This document shows, piece by piece, positions 29,401 through 39,485 of a DNA stretch of 64,000 nucleotides. The stretch spans positions 233 through 64,232 of IMG/VR virus record IMGVR_UViG_3300037479_000437; one strand, written 5' to 3'. Made by a program: the position numbers and the translations under genes. Below the pieces are notes generated by a model. That model had not been told where the DNA came from and made no database searches. It saw only the letters and a program-made list of their open reading frames with translations. Position 1 is the first letter of the stretch, and every line of letters begins with the position of its first letter. Origin of the DNA: a virus.

Positions 29401-31935
29401 ACAGTATTCAAATAACGCGACTGCCGGGTAGCCCATCCAGATATAAGCGCCGAGAATCAATGAAGGGCCGTTATTCGCCTGACCTGCCGCGAAGAACCAG
29501 CCCTTCGATCCCTGCGCTTCTTCGTTCAAACGCAAGTGATCAAGATACTGCTTTACCAGAGTCAGATCATTCTGCACCCCATCATAGTTGTAGGCGTTCA
29601 TCAATTCGAGCGCCGCCCAGCCCGCATGCCGAGCTTCTCCGGCTGTTCCGGCGCCGCTCAGCAGCCAGCCGTTATGAACCGAATCACCAACATTCGTTCC
29701 GACAAAATTATAAGTGCGAGCGCGATTGGCGACTTTATCCAATGTTTCGCGGGCGATTGGATCGCCCGTAATCAGCCAGTAATAATATTTCCCCCGGCTC
29801 CAGGAATGTGAAGGGCGCGGATTCTGAAGACCCGTGACCGGATCAGTAGAACGTTCATAACGCGAAGTTCCGCGAAAATCCATTTCCGGGATGCCGTTCT
29901 GCGTTTCCGCTGACTGAACTGTTCCGCTGTCGGTCATAAAGCGCGCATGAGAGGCGCCAAGAAAATAAGCATTCGGATCGCCGCCCCTGACCCATTCCCG
30001 CAGAAGGGCGCCGTCTATGTCATAACGATTGTAGGTCAGGCCATCCTGATCACTGCGCAAATTCCGATACTGATCCCAGCCGAACATCTGACCCATGTTA
30101 TGAGTCGAACCCGGAAACAATTGCGAACCCAGCCGATGCTCAAAGATCGTTCCGCGCGGAGTCGAGCCGAGCGCTTCCTGGCTGTCACAATCACTGAGCC
30201 GGTAAGCGCAGCCGAAATAACGTTCAGCCCGGTTGGCAGCCTCGGCCAGTTCGGCGCTTCCCCCGAATTGTGACGCCTGCCAGGTTTGCATGGGCGCGAG
30301 CGCATTACTGAATACCTTTGTCGCACACCAGTCTGCGCTGTGCGGCGTCACCGGCATCACTGAAGTCAGGTTGAATTGCGCTGCTGATACTCCGCCCAGA
30401 TAGAAATCCCAATGCTGAGTAAAGCCATGCCAGAAACGGGTAGTATTGCCGCCGCCGAGCGCCGGGAAAATATACCAGTTGATCAGATTGCCCGAAGCCT
30501 GGAGCCGCTGCGGAAACATCTCGGCAAATTCTGCGATCCCGACTTTGAAGTTGTTGGCCGAAGCGATTTCCCGCGTGATCGCATACATGCCGTCGTTGAC
30601 AATGCGCGTGGTCGCGGCGCTGAGCGTGGTAATGGAAACGTCGCTGGCCGTTGTGCTGAAGGCAGTCGGGAAGGACATTTTCAACTCTTCAAAGAAAATG
30701 TCCTGCACCTGATGATTGAAATCAGTCGTCAGATTCTTCAACCGCAAACGCGCTCGAACGTAATTCTTGTTGGCATAGAAGTAATAATAGATGTCGAAAG
30801 AGAAATCAGGAATAGCCGTAGTCGAGCCATCGGCGCTGATAATGCCTGATTGCTTCAGAATAACTTCATAGGCGTTTTGTCTGACTACCGTTGCGCCGGT
30901 AATCAACGAGTCTGTTGGAGTAGGCGTTGGAGGTGGAGCGCCTTCTATCGAAGCGTTACAATGAACAAGAATTTCCACCGGCAAATCACGGTCTACCGTA
31001 ATTTCATTGCCGCTGATACTGCTGATCGTAAAGAGACCGTTAGTGTCATTTCCAGCCAGTTGAGCGTCTTCTACTGTATCGTTGACCAGCAGATTACCGA
31101 GCGCGGTCAGTTGAGCTGACTGGTACGGATTATCATTATGAATCTGATTCGTATCCTGATAGAAATAGGTAAAAGCGTCAGGATCATCACCGGTCAGCAG
31201 AAATTCCCGTCCTGTCCCCCGCGCAAAAATGATATTGCGATGCGGGTTTGTGCCCGGCTGATTACCCCCGTTCGGTTCTTCACGATACCATGTGCCGTAA
31301 TGATCGCCGGTCAGATTGATGTCCGTCGTAGTATGGGACAGATACTTTGATGACCAGGCGAATCTGACCTGATCGTTCACGGCGAAAATCTGACTGGCCA
31401 GTTGAATCTTGCGCTGCCCGGCTGCCGCCGCCTGCGGCCCGTCGGCAGGCGAGAGCGTTGGATGCTTGACCACTTTGACGCTGTTTGGCGTGGTCACAAG
31501 CGGAGTAGTCAGACGCGGTTTTGAACCTGCCGCCAGTTGCTCTGCGCCGTTCTGCACAAACTGACTGATCAGATCGCGCCCGGTCTTCGGAATGCGCACG
31601 TCCAGCGCCGCGCCGTTCTGCACGCGAATATCTGAAGCGCCGTTGGTGACGGTAAAGGCCGAGGGGAGCGTCTGTGATTCATTGGTGTCAATCAGGTGAT
31701 GTTCGCCGGTCGCAGTCGGCTGAAAACTGACCAGGACATTCTTGATCGCTTTTGACGTGTCTGACGCCAGCCCGCGCCAGCGTGATTGCACGATCATTGT
31801 TGAAGGCACAACCAGCCCCAGCACCGTGCGAATGCGCAGAACAGAGACATCAATTACGTTGGCCAGTTCGGAAATGGGCAAGCCGATGGTAATCGGATTG
31901 GTCGTGTCGGTAACTGTAAAGCGAAGTGGATTCAT
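26404..31935 (-). CDS. 1843-aa virion-associated protein: lyase-like (PL26/YetA-like) region, eight IPT/TIG repeats, BppU-like C-terminus
   Basis: N-terminal ITIGLP...QSRW...IKNVLVSFQ; barrel-like [18 protein letters not shown]; eight P.(I/L)S(T/S)(L/I)SP...L.VNG.NF...VRWNG repeats. Confidence 0.75.
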   Translation of the reverse strand: MNPLRFTVTDTTNPITIGLPISELANVIDVSVLRIRTVLGLVVPSTMIVQSRWRGLASDTSKAIKNVLVSFQPTATGEHHLIDTNESQTLPSAFTVTNGASDIRVQNGAALDVRIPKTGRDLISQFVQNGAEQLAAGSKPRLTTPLVTTPNSVKVVKHPTLSPADGPQAAAAGQRKIQLASQIFAVNDQVRFAWSSKYLSHTTTDINLTGDHYGTWYREEPNGGNQPGTNPHRNIIFARGTGREFLLTGDDPDAFTYFYQDTNQIHNDNPYQSAQLTALGNLLVNDTVEDAQLAGNDTNGLFTISSISGNEITVDRDLPVEILVHCNASIEGAPPPTPTPTDSLITGATVVRQNAYEVILKQSGIISADGSTTAIPDFSFDIYYYFYANKNYVRARLRLKNLTTDFNHQVQDIFFEELKMSFPTAFSTTASDVSITTLSAATTRIVNDGMYAITREIASANNFKVGIAEFAEMFPQRLQASGNLINWYIFPALGGGNTTRFWHGFTQHWDFYLGGVSAAQFNLTSVMPVTPHSADWCATKVFSNALAPMQTWQASQFGGSAELAEAANRAERYFGCAYRLSDCDSQEALGSTPRGTIFEHRLGSQLFPGSTHNMGQMFGWDQYRNLRSDQDGLTYNRYDIDGALLREWVRGGDPNAYFLGASHARFMTDSGTVQSAETQNGIPEMDFRGTSRYERSTDPVTGLQNPRPSHSWSRGKYYYWLITGDPIARETLDKVANRARTYNFVGTNVGDSVHNGWLLSGAGTAGEARHAGWAALELMNAYNYDGVQNDLTLVKQYLDHLRLNEEAQGSKGWFFAAGQANNGPSLILGAYIWMGYPAVALFEYCREKRIQGAPDTALEAFIVRIADWLIKGDATAGSPQANRPLVGATGGGASYQPYAVRDFDQTATYSYASAYVVTVDICIVAIIAAARFTGRTDLRTIADQMFRDVCFWREAAQGASVDFSTRTPINFMNGTYRSSTAKVAGQTDQALIEYLSDVSTTLPTISTLSPANVTAGAPQTSIAVFGENFQNGAIVRVNGSNRTTIFVGATQVTGVLPAADFTTAGTLQITVINPDNNVSNSASLVVNNPVPSLSTIAPTTAVAGDPQFTLTVNGGNFNAQSVVRWNGSNRATTFIGPSQLTATITAGDIASAGTATVTVFNPTPGGGTSSGATFTITTGGTPAPSLSTLSPSSATAGGAQFTLTVNGANFVNGAIVRWNGSNRSTTFVSSTQLNATIPATDITAAGTATITVINPDSQTSNSLTFTINAPAPAISSISPSSTTAGGAQFTLTVNGANFVNGAVVRWNGSNRTTTFGSSTQLTATITAGDIAAAGTAQVSVRNPDNQTSGNQTFTINSASAPSLSTLSPSSTTAGGAQFTLTVNGANFVSGAVVRWNGSNRTTTFGSATQLTATIPATDITSAGSATITVQNPDTQISNGLTFTINAASNPVPVLNSISPTTTAAGGPQFTLTLTGSNFVASSQARWNNQPLSTTFVSPTQLTAIVPASYIQISGSASVTVFNPTPGGGTSASRTFNITAGQSMPPPFISTLSPSSVIINSGAFTLIVNGGDIQPGVAGKIQNVQRPTSYVSATRADISVQNSDIQTLGPHDIVLVNPDGQSSNVAQLTVANPTGPTIYSLSPSSAPEGTQGNLALTLTGINFASGAVVKVDGSARTTSYVNGTQLIAQLTTGDMSVPGVKNITVTNPNNDVSPALGFTVIAVNRFAPNASIKPTRQDYRMQTGDAFRVRRVFRRGAEILDLTGCKAEFEIRRSRYESTQIIPLLLLTSDAGDIVIEQTAGAFIVQATELVVNQQLWRQGWFRWRVVTAANERVTLIHGLIERD
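26700..28930 (-). repeat. Eight tandem IPT/TIG domain repeats (~87 aa each)
   Basis: Repeats visible in protein and DNA (e.g. recurring gagccgttcca/gagccattcca). Confidence 0.85.
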
Positions 31936-32462
31936 CAGAATTCAGCTATCGGTGTCGTGACATCCCAGGTCAGAACGTGATTGAGCGTATATTCAACCGG
32001 GCCATCGAACCAGAAAAACCCTTTGAGTTGTGTCTGCTGATCGTCAAACCAGAAGGGCAGATGCAAATGCATGTCATCATAAAACGTCAGAAATTCATTG
32101 AACTCCTGATCTTCCAGGCGCATTTGCAGTTTCCATGAGCGTTTCAGATTGCCGCGTCGTCTGACCTGCCGACTGCGATCCATCGCCAGAGAAATCTTTC
32201 CGGCGATTTCGGCCTGGCCCTGCTGCCCGTAGCTGCCACACCAGCGAAACTCTTCGCAGGCGAGCGCAGCAGCATAAAACGTTTCACCGTTTGAGGTGCA
32301 GGAAACAAGCGCCGGGCCGGGCGTCATGGGCGCAGTGTACAATCCGGCAGAAGTGATTGAGCCGAAGCTGGCGGCCCAGGTGACCGGATTGGGAGCAGTG
32401 GTTGTAAATTGCAACGTATGGCCCGTGAGAAGCGGCTGGCGTTGCGGCGTGATCAGTGGCAT
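31935..32462 (-). CDS. Minor tail protein (gpM/DUF2460-like) with short N-terminal Ig-like segment
   Basis: SRQVRRRG...RSWKL...EFLTFYD......FWFDD resembles gpM-like distal tail proteins. Confidence 0.6.
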   Translation of the reverse strand: MPLITPQRQPLLTGHTLQFTTTAPNPVTWAASFGSITSAGLYTAPMTPGPALVSCTSNGETFYAAALACEEFRWCGSYGQQGQAEIAGKISLAMDRSRQVRRRGNLKRSWKLQMRLEDQEFNEFLTFYDDMHLHLPFWFDDQQTQLKGFFWFDGPVEYTLNHVLTWDVTTPIAEF

Positions 32463-33225
32463 GCGCAGCCCCGATTCAGTGCTGATGTTTCAGTCACTGA
32501 ATCTGAGTTTGGGCAGTGAGAGAGTATTTAGCAGAAACAGCGAGGAAAGGGAAGCAGGAAGAACAGGATCAGACGAGAGCAGAAAGAGTCTCAGAGAGTG
32601 AATACACCAGGGGCTGTCCCGTCTTACCACCTGTCGGATTTGTCGGGTCGGACTGACGTATGACTTATGCTGGGCTGCTTGACAGTGTTCTTTCAGAGAG
32701 TCTCGAAACGATTACTGACGACAGATTTTTGATTTTGCTGGTGGCTTGATTCGACCGGGACGCCGCCCCTGGAAAGCAGGATCGAGTACCTGCTCGTTGC
32801 CCGGAAAACTGCCGACGCGGGCAGAATCTGTCTTTGTCGTTTCGGGGTTGACAACGCACCCCGTAGGACCATCATTGCAAACCATATTACAGTGACAATC
32901 TTGCTGTGGCGTTACTCTCGCTGCGGCATAATTCGCATACACTGTTAAGGGAGCGTCGTGTGAACACCAGGTCCAATGACGCTCCCTCGTTGTTTTTGCG
33001 AAGCTTGTTTTTGCCTCAACGATCATTATACAATCGCAGAGACGGGATGACTTGCTCACGCAAATTCAACCCGGCAACGAGCGCAGGGGTTCAGAATTCA
33101 CCTGCCGGTTAGCTTGTCCGGCCAGGAAAAAAATGAAATTTTGAATTCTTTCGCTCATTCCATCCGCTGAATTACAAAACGCGAATCGCTTTGTGCTTCA
33201 GCCTTTCCTTTCAATTAACGGTCAG

Positions 33226-33265
33226 AATAACCGCGTCAGGCTTTCGGGCGCGGTTATTTCTTTCT
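33226..33265. terminator. Probable terminator hairpin
   Basis: aataaccgcg...cgcggttatt followed by tctttct. Confidence 0.6.
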
Positions 33266-33319
33266 GAGACCGGGCGGCTCCTGAAAGGCAATGAGTCGCC
33301 TGATGAAGTTTGTCTTTCA

Positions 33320-33580
33320 TCAAAATAAACCTGATAAAAAACCGCCTTCAATGTGATGCGTCTGACGAAAGCAGGTCAGCATTTCAGCAAATTCAGCGCG
33401 CAATTGCGGTGTGCAATTATGAGCATGATGTTCGATGCAATGCATGCACAAAAGACATCGGATTGACTGCTCACAATCACAGCGCAAGCCTTTAACGCAC
33501 CCTGTACCTTCTGACGCGCCACAACAAGGGCAGCGAAACTGAGCAATTCGTGAAGTCATTTGTGTAATCGAGCAGGTCAA
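33320..33580 (-). CDS. Cys/His-rich hypothetical protein
   Basis: CPCC, C....CDC, CLLC.HC.EHH. Confidence 0.45.
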   Translation of the reverse strand: MTCSITQMTSRIAQFRCPCCGASEGTGCVKGLRCDCEQSIRCLLCMHCIEHHAHNCTPQLRAEFAEMLTCFRQTHHIEGGFLSGLF

Positions 33581-33739
33581 GCGAAGGGACTGTCAGCCGG
33601 TCAGACAATCCCTTCTCCCATCTGCGCTCTCGCTTGTCTCCGTCATGACCAGCTTTCCAGTGAGTATGATCATGACGCCCCAGCTACGCAGTGGTTTCAT
33701 AAATTACGCGAAAGGAGACTGCCTGAGCAGACAGAATAT

Positions 33740-33964
33740 TTACTGCCCTTCGCCGCCGCAGCCCATGATCTGTTTGTATTCCCGACAGCATGTATCGAGA
33801 CATAGAATCCCCTCGCCGCTGCCACAACCTGAGGTTTCACCCTGACAATTGTTGCACGGGCCGGTGCAGGTGCATCCACAATCGAAGGGCCGAGAGGCTG
33901 GCGCAGAAGCGCCTGAAAGCAAGAGCAGAGAAGCAAAAACAATGGTTGTCAGAATTCTTTTCAT
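33740..33964 (-). CDS. Secreted Cys-rich peptide (10 Cys)
   Basis: Signal peptide MKRILTTIVFASLLLLSGASA; GGGGA RBS; even Cys number. Confidence 0.65.
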   Translation of the reverse strand: MKRILTTIVFASLLLLSGASAPASRPFDCGCTCTGPCNNCQGETSGCGSGEGILCLDTCCREYKQIMGCGGEGQ

Positions 33965-34028
33965 GACTGGAAAATCCCCTTTGATAAATTGATCAATGAC
34001 GATGAAGTGGTGATGAGCAGCACGCTGC

Positions 34029-34610
34029 TTAATGACTGATCAGCCAGCTTGTGCGATCAGTAAATTTCACCTGCCCGATAAACGCATGCAATTCAGATCG
34101 CGGCCCTTGTCTGAGCCAGCTTGTGGCGCGTTCCAGACCCGGCTGAACGGTAATTGAGGCGCCGTTGGGCCGGGTAATTTTCTCCGAGGGAATAAATTCC
34201 CGCCGTTCGAGCAGAAAGCGTGCGCCGGGCGGAATGCGCACGCCGGATTTGATCAGGACACGCATTTCAGTCGTCCGGTCATTACGAATTCCGATGGCGA
34301 AAGAAGTAATCGTTTTACCTGAAACGTTCTGAACCATCGCTTCCGGCACGGAAGACACGAGCGAGAAAGGCGTCAGAGCGCCGGTGAGCGCGGTAAAATC
34401 ACCGGCTGCCGCTTCCTTGACTGTAGCCGACAGCAGCAGCAGCGGTGAGTCAGGTTCGTTGCGAATGGTCAGTTGTTGCTCGGTTGATTGATTGATCCGC
34501 GCGAGTCGCGCCTGAGCCGTTTCATTGCTCGCTGCCTGCATGGCCGGGCGCAAAGTCGCGGCCAGTCCGCTGAGCAGCAACAGAAAAACGACGACAAGTA
34601 TTTTGTTCAT
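34029..34610 (-). CDS. Secreted hypothetical protein
   Basis: Signal peptide MNKILVVVFLLLLSGLAA; AGGAG RBS. Confidence 0.7.
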   Translation of the reverse strand: MNKILVVVFLLLLSGLAATLRPAMQAASNETAQARLARINQSTEQQLTIRNEPDSPLLLLSATVKEAAAGDFTALTGALTPFSLVSSVPEAMVQNVSGKTITSFAIGIRNDRTTEMRVLIKSGVRIPPGARFLLERREFIPSEKITRPNGASITVQPGLERATSWLRQGPRSELHAFIGQVKFTDRTSWLISH

Positions 34611-34701
34611 GGTCGAAATCTCCTGGTTACGTAGTGAAGTGAAGCGTTAAGTTGCGTGAGAGTCTGAGTATGTGCCTGATCAAACTTTAATGTCAAACGA
34701 T

Positions 34702-36339
34702 TCAGGCCAGGTCGTCGGCCAGCGCGCGCCACGCCTCGGCGTCTTCTGCCTGTGAGTAATAATCGCTGGCGGCAATCAGTTCTGCTTCCGGTTCTCGTAA
34801 ACTGGCTTTCCAGACGGCCATTGACTGCGCCACTGCCGCATCAATCTGATTTTCAGTTGAGAGCGTGCCTTTGATCAGCCGAACGCGCCCCGCTTCCTGT
34901 TCCTGAATTCTGGCTGCGCGTAAATGCGCGAGCAGGTCGGGAGTGTGATAATTCTGGATGCGCCCGGCGCGATATGTCCGCATCAGAAAGGTGTCTGATT
35001 TGACGCGATCAATTCCCTGGTTGAATTCAAACACCGGAATGCCTTCCCGCCGTAAATTGAGCATGACCTGGTGTAATTGAAACGGATCATACCAGAGTTC
35101 GCGTAACAATCCCTGCTGCCAGAGCGTGCGTACTGTCTCGGCCAGCGTTGCCTCAAGATCAATGTCCTGTCCGCGCGGATCCCAGACCTGGACGTAACCA
35201 GTCTGGTAATAATCATCACCGGCAATGCTCACGCGCCGCGCGCCAACCAGCGCCGTTGTGTCGCGCCGCTGTGAAGCGTCTGCGGCAAAAATCATCGGCT
35301 CCGCCAGCGGGCCGGCGAGTTGTAAGCTGCGCGCTAAAGTCGTTTCATCCAGAAACGCGCCGGTTGATTGCACAAACCAGTTTTCATGCAAGCGGCGATA
35401 AGTATTGGCCGTCAATTCAAGGCGCTGCGCCGTATAATAGTCCTGCCCGGCCTGATCAAGCTGCCAGGGCATTGTGTGTTCATGTGACCAGTACACGAAC
35501 AGCCTTGCGTCAGGCAATTCATAGCAGGGCAAGTCAGATAGTTCGGCCACCTGGCGCACACCCGGACAAAGCGCGCGTTCATCAAATTCCTGAAAGATTT
35601 GCAGAAAAATGCGCCGCAACGGCGTGTCTTCATCTGAAAACCCGGCATAGGTTTCCACCCAGCGCAATGAGATTGGTCGGGTTGGCACGGGCACCAGTTC
35701 ATCCCACAGCCGTTGATCCCCGGCCTGTTTCATTGCCCAGGTTTCAGACCATAAAGTCAGCCCGTAATTACCTCCGGCTTCGGCGCTGTAGTTATTTGGA
35801 ATAGCGCGAACCAGCGTGCCATTCGGAAGCTGCATGACTGGCCGGGCTGTTTGTGAAGTCGGGAAACGTCCGACCAGGCGAAAGATCGTCGGAGCCATCT
35901 GTCCGAAGATTCGGGAAGATGACTGTTGCTCCGTATTTGCCACGCAGTAAATAATATTGGGCGCTCCGACATTGGCTGCAAAGTATGCGCCTACGGCTGC
36001 CGCAATCATTGTTTTGCCGCTTTTCTTCGGCTCGCTCCAGACTACCGTGTCGTAACGCAATCGGCCATTGGCCTGCGGCGTCAGGCAATGATCTATGATT
36101 CGGCGCTGCCGGGCAGTCAGTCGCAAACGCGCCGCCCGGTTATAATCAAAAGTTGCGAGATTGACGGTGGTAAAGTCAAAGACATTGTCTTCAATCCACT
36201 TTGAAGGCTGAGGTAAGACGAGATTCAGAGTAAGTTGCGTTTTACCGCGCTGTAATTCTTCTTTGAAAGCTTCGGCCAGCGCAATCGCGCTTTCAAGGTC
36301 TGAGTCTGATTGAGTTGATTGATCAGCGATCATGTTCAC
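34702..36339 (-). CDS. terL: Terminase large subunit
   Basis: Walker A-like WSEPKKSGKT; nuclease motifs AADASQRRDTTALV, YDPFQ and IDAAVA. Confidence 0.92.
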   Translation of the reverse strand: MNMIADQSTQSDSDLESAIALAEAFKEELQRGKTQLTLNLVLPQPSKWIEDNVFDFTTVNLATFDYNRAARLRLTARQRRIIDHCLTPQANGRLRYDTVVWSEPKKSGKTMIAAAVGAYFAANVGAPNIIYCVANTEQQSSSRIFGQMAPTIFRLVGRFPTSQTARPVMQLPNGTLVRAIPNNYSAEAGGNYGLTLWSETWAMKQAGDQRLWDELVPVPTRPISLRWVETYAGFSDEDTPLRRIFLQIFQEFDERALCPGVRQVAELSDLPCYELPDARLFVYWSHEHTMPWQLDQAGQDYYTAQRLELTANTYRRLHENWFVQSTGAFLDETTLARSLQLAGPLAEPMIFAADASQRRDTTALVGARRVSIAGDDYYQTGYVQVWDPRGQDIDLEATLAETVRTLWQQGLLRELWYDPFQLHQVMLNLRREGIPVFEFNQGIDRVKSDTFLMRTYRAGRIQNYHTPDLLAHLRAARIQEQEAGRVRLIKGTLSTENQIDAAVAQSMAVWKASLREPEAELIAASDYYSQAEDAEAWRALADDLA

Positions 36340-36515
36340 TTCACTTCTTCAAACAGAAGGTCAGGATAGTTAATAACCATGCCAGCAGCATGAGCCAGAA
36401 GCAGGTAACTTCATCACGCAGCGCAGTCAGGATTGCCAGGACAGGAAAAGTCAGCATCAGAGTCAGACAAAGCCGCCTGACGCTGAAACCCGGTTGATTA
36501 CCGAGTGAGCGTTTC
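36339..36515 (-). CDS. Small two-TM membrane protein (not in the ORF track; coordinates approximate)
   Basis: Manual translation MKRSLGNQPGFSVRRLCLTLMLTFPVLAILTALRDEVTCFWLMLLAWLLTILTFCLKK. Confidence 0.45.
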
Positions 36516-36522
36516 ATTTTAT

Positions 36523-37777
36523 CGAAGCCTCAAAGAAGACCCCCGCGCTTCAGGCGGGGGATGAATTTGAGAAGCCCGAAAGGGCTTGATTTATGCACTT
36601 GAAAGATTTTGCATAAAATGCGATAATTCTTTCGTGCATAAGAATTACGAATACAGGTTGTATCCAACCAAAAAGCAAATTACGTTGCTTGAACAGTGGC
36701 TTGATGAATGCCGTTGGCTCTACAACAAATTGCTTGAGCAGCGTAAATTGGCTTACGAGTTGGAGAAAAAGACGTTGAAAATGTATGACCAAATCAACGG
36801 GTACGGCATGTTGAAGCAAGAACGTGAGAGCCTGAATCTTGTGCATAGCCAAGTTCTGCAAAACGTGGCAGTCAGAATAGACCTGGCATTTAAGGCATTC
36901 TTTCGCCGCATCAAGGCAGGCGAGAAGCCGGGCTATCCGCGCTTTCGCGGCAAATATCGCTACGATTCTTTCACCTTCCCACAAGTACCTTCGGGTTGTT
37001 CGATTGACGGTAATCATCTGAAGCTGTCGAAGATTGGCAAAGTCAAAATCAAACAGCATCGCAAGCTGGAAGGCGTGCCGAAGACCTGCACAATTAAGCG
37101 TAGCAGTACAGGGAAGTGGTACGCTGTGTTTTCCTGTGAAGTCGAACAGTCCGCTCCATTGCCTAAAGCCAAATCCGAAGTCGGCATTGATGTTGGCTTG
37201 GAATCCTTTGCCTATTTGTCGGATGACACCCGTATTGAGAATCCGAAGTTTTTCCGGCAAGACGAAAAAGAAGTGGCGAAGGCGCAGCGCAAATTGAGCA
37301 AGGAAGCCAAAGGTACGCCAGCGCGAGCAAGGCGCAGAAAGCCTGTAGCTCGCATTCACGAGCGCATTCAATGGCGCAGAAAGAATTTCGCGCATCAAGA
37401 AGCGCGCAAGATTGTTAATCAACACGGAGTTATTTGCGTTGAGGATTTGAACGTCAATCGAATGCTCCACAATCATTGCTTGGCAAAATCTATCAGTGAT
37501 GCGGCGTGGTCGTTGTTCTTTCAACTGATTCAGAGCAAAGCGGAAGAAGCTGGCCGAATCGTAGTGAAAGTCAATCCCGCCTACACATCGCAGACGTGCC
37601 ACCAATGCGGACACAGGCAAAAGAAAAACCTGAGTGAGCGTTGGCATAAATGCGAGTGTTGCGGGTTTGAATGTCATAGAGACTTAAATGCTGCGTTGAA
37701 TATTAAGGCTTTGGGGCTACAAAGCCTGTTCGTTACCGAACAAGAAGCCGCTCCTCTTTAGGGAGCGGAGTAGTCAC
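36523..37777 (+). mobile_element. IS200/IS605-family element, TnpB only (IS1341-like)
   Basis: Preceded by TTTAT; left-end hairpin cccccgc-gcttcag-gcggggg; right-end hairpin ccgctcc...ggagcgg ending GTAGTCAC. Confidence 0.85.
36634..37761 (+). CDS. tnpB: RNA-guided endonuclease TnpB
   Basis: YEYRLYPT, RuvC residues GIDVG / VEDL / RDLNAALNI and Zn finger CHQCG...CECCG; GTG start chosen by homology. Confidence 0.95.
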   Translation: MHKNYEYRLYPTKKQITLLEQWLDECRWLYNKLLEQRKLAYELEKKTLKMYDQINGYGMLKQERESLNLVHSQVLQNVAVRIDLAFKAFFRRIKAGEKPGYPRFRGKYRYDSFTFPQVPSGCSIDGNHLKLSKIGKVKIKQHRKLEGVPKTCTIKRSSTGKWYAVFSCEVEQSAPLPKAKSEVGIDVGLESFAYLSDDTRIENPKFFRQDEKEVAKAQRKLSKEAKGTPARARRRKPVARIHERIQWRRKNFAHQEARKIVNQHGVICVEDLNVNRMLHNHCLAKSISDAAWSLFFQLIQSKAEEAGRIVVKVNPAYTSQTCHQCGHRQKKNLSERWHKCECCGFECHRDLNAALNIKALGLQSLFVTEQEAAPL

Positions 37778-38109
37778 CTGATTTTCTGCCGTTGAAGCTG
37801 CTCATTGATCTGCGACAATTCATCCAGAGTGAACTGTTGCCCATCATACACAAAGCCCCGCCCATCGCCGTGATCAGAAATGACGGCCTTGCGCAGCGTG
37901 CCATCCGGTTGCTTCAGCTCAACCTGCAAAATGCGTTGCGCCGGGGGCTGCGCCGGAACAGCCGAAATAATAGTTGGCGTCTGCGGCTCAGCGCGGCCCT
38001 GATCAAGTCCGACTTTGTACGCGCCGGAGCCGGAAAGCAACGCGGTCGTCAAAGCAGTCACGATCAGGCTGGTTTTACTGCGCTGGGGAGCTTTGTTTTC
38101 TGATTCCAT
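37774..38109 (-). CDS. Membrane-anchored hypothetical protein
   Basis: N-terminal TM segment; its stop codon is now supplied by the IS end. Confidence 0.55.
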   Translation of the reverse strand: MESENKAPQRSKTSLIVTALTTALLSGSGAYKVGLDQGRAEPQTPTIISAVPAQPPAQRILQVELKQPDGTLRKAVISDHGDGRGFVYDGQQFTLDELSQINEQLQRQKIR

Positions 38110-38130
38110 AAGCTTGAATGCTTGAATGAA

Positions 38131-38335
38131 TTACGTTTGATCGGGAAAACATCGCTTGCACAAGCGTCCGGCTTTTCCGCGACGAAAGGGCGCATTGACA
38201 TAATTGAGCGCCAGTTGCAGTTCAGCGAATCGTTGCACACTCCTGACGTACTCAGCCCCGCAGCGTTGTGACTTCTGATGAGCGTCGTAAACGATGCGAT
38301 GACTTGAAACCCAGTAGCGGGATTTGGTGGTCGGC
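38131..38335 (-). pseudogene. 68-aa ORF whose ATG was split by the IS insertion
   Basis: Removing 38336-40052 restores GAGGGTTTT-ATG-CCG-ACC... and an open 207-nt frame. Confidence 0.55.
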
Positions 38336-38351
38336 TTGACACTCCCGCCGC

Positions 38352-39482
38352 CTAAAGGCAGGGGATTCTTTGGTCAACAGGCAGAGTAACCGCTGCCCTC
38401 GCAACTCGCGCTGTCCGAGCGAGTATGTTTCGCGCCGCATTATGGTCTCTCTGAGCAACATAGCCACAAACAATGCAACGGTGTTCGCGCACTGCCAGCG
38501 ACTTCTTCACTCTTGCCCCACACTGCGAACAGTCTTGACTGGTGTAGGCAGGCGCAACTTTCCAAACCTTCCGTCCAGCGTTCTCAGCTTTGGCGGTCAG
38601 GATATTCACGAAAGTTCCCCATGCTGCATCAGTGATGGCTTTAGCGAGATGATGGTTTTTCACCATCCCTTTTATGTTCAAGTCTTCAATGGCGATTTCG
38701 TCAAACTCGCGCAGCAATTGATTGGCCGTTTTGTGAAAGAAATCCTGTCGTTGATTCGCAACTTTCAAGTGTTGCCTGGACAACAACCGAACCGCTTTTT
38801 TACGATTTGCGCCGCCGCGTTTCTTCTTGCTGACTTTGCGTTGCTGGCGTTTCAAGCCAGCTTCAGCCGTGCGCAAAAATCTCGGATTCTCAATTACCTC
38901 GCCCGTCGAAAGGGTAGCAAAGTTTTCCAGCCCCACATCAATTCCCACGCTCTCGCCAGTTTTCGGCAAAGGCAGCGGCGCATCTTCTGCTGTGAAGATG
39001 ACAAACCAGCCATCCGCTTGTCGGCGCAGCGAGCAGGTTTTGATTTTCCCGCCTACTTCCCGCGACAAACGCAGACGAACAGAGCCGATTTTCGACAAGG
39101 TAAGCTTGTTGCCTTCCAACTTGAACCCGCTTTGCGGATAGGTGAACGAATCATAGCGGTTGCGCCCTTTGAAACGCGGGAATCCAACCTTGCCTTCGCC
39201 TTTCTTCACGCGAGTGAAAACCGCCTTGTAAGCCTTATCCAGTCGCTTCAACACGTCCTGCAAAACTTGCGAGTGAACACCTGCCACGTCTTCGCGCAAG
39301 TCTCTGATTGCGCTCAATTGGTTGGCTTGGTCGTAGTAGTTCAGCGAGGTTTTTGCTTGCTGGTAAGCAGCGCGGCGTTCCTGCAACGCGGCATTGTACA
39401 ATTCGCGGCACACGTCCAACGTGGCATCAAGACGTGCGGCGACGCGCTTGGACGGTTTCAGCTTGTACTTGAATGCTTTCAC
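38352..39482 (-). CDS. tnpB: RNA-guided endonuclease TnpB
   Basis: GIDVG / IEDL / RDHNAARNI RuvC triad; CSQCG...CIVCG Zn finger. Confidence 0.95.
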   Translation of the reverse strand: MKAFKYKLKPSKRVAARLDATLDVCRELYNAALQERRAAYQQAKTSLNYYDQANQLSAIRDLREDVAGVHSQVLQDVLKRLDKAYKAVFTRVKKGEGKVGFPRFKGRNRYDSFTYPQSGFKLEGNKLTLSKIGSVRLRLSREVGGKIKTCSLRRQADGWFVIFTAEDAPLPLPKTGESVGIDVGLENFATLSTGEVIENPRFLRTAEAGLKRQQRKVSKKKRGGANRKKAVRLLSRQHLKVANQRQDFFHKTANQLLREFDEIAIEDLNIKGMVKNHHLAKAITDAAWGTFVNILTAKAENAGRKVWKVAPAYTSQDCSQCGARVKKSLAVREHRCIVCGYVAQRDHNAARNILARTARVARAAVTLPVDQRIPCL

Positions 39483-39485
39483 TTT

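Noticed and set aside
32738-32765. tRNA-like 3' end (ggtcgaatc...ccacca, minus strand) as possible tRNA or att site
   Set aside because: No cloverleaf, acceptor stem or proper T-arm could be built, and no integrase is nearby.
36550-37677. 375-aa minus-strand ORF
   Set aside because: Antisense shadow of tnpB, commonly seen opposite these genes.
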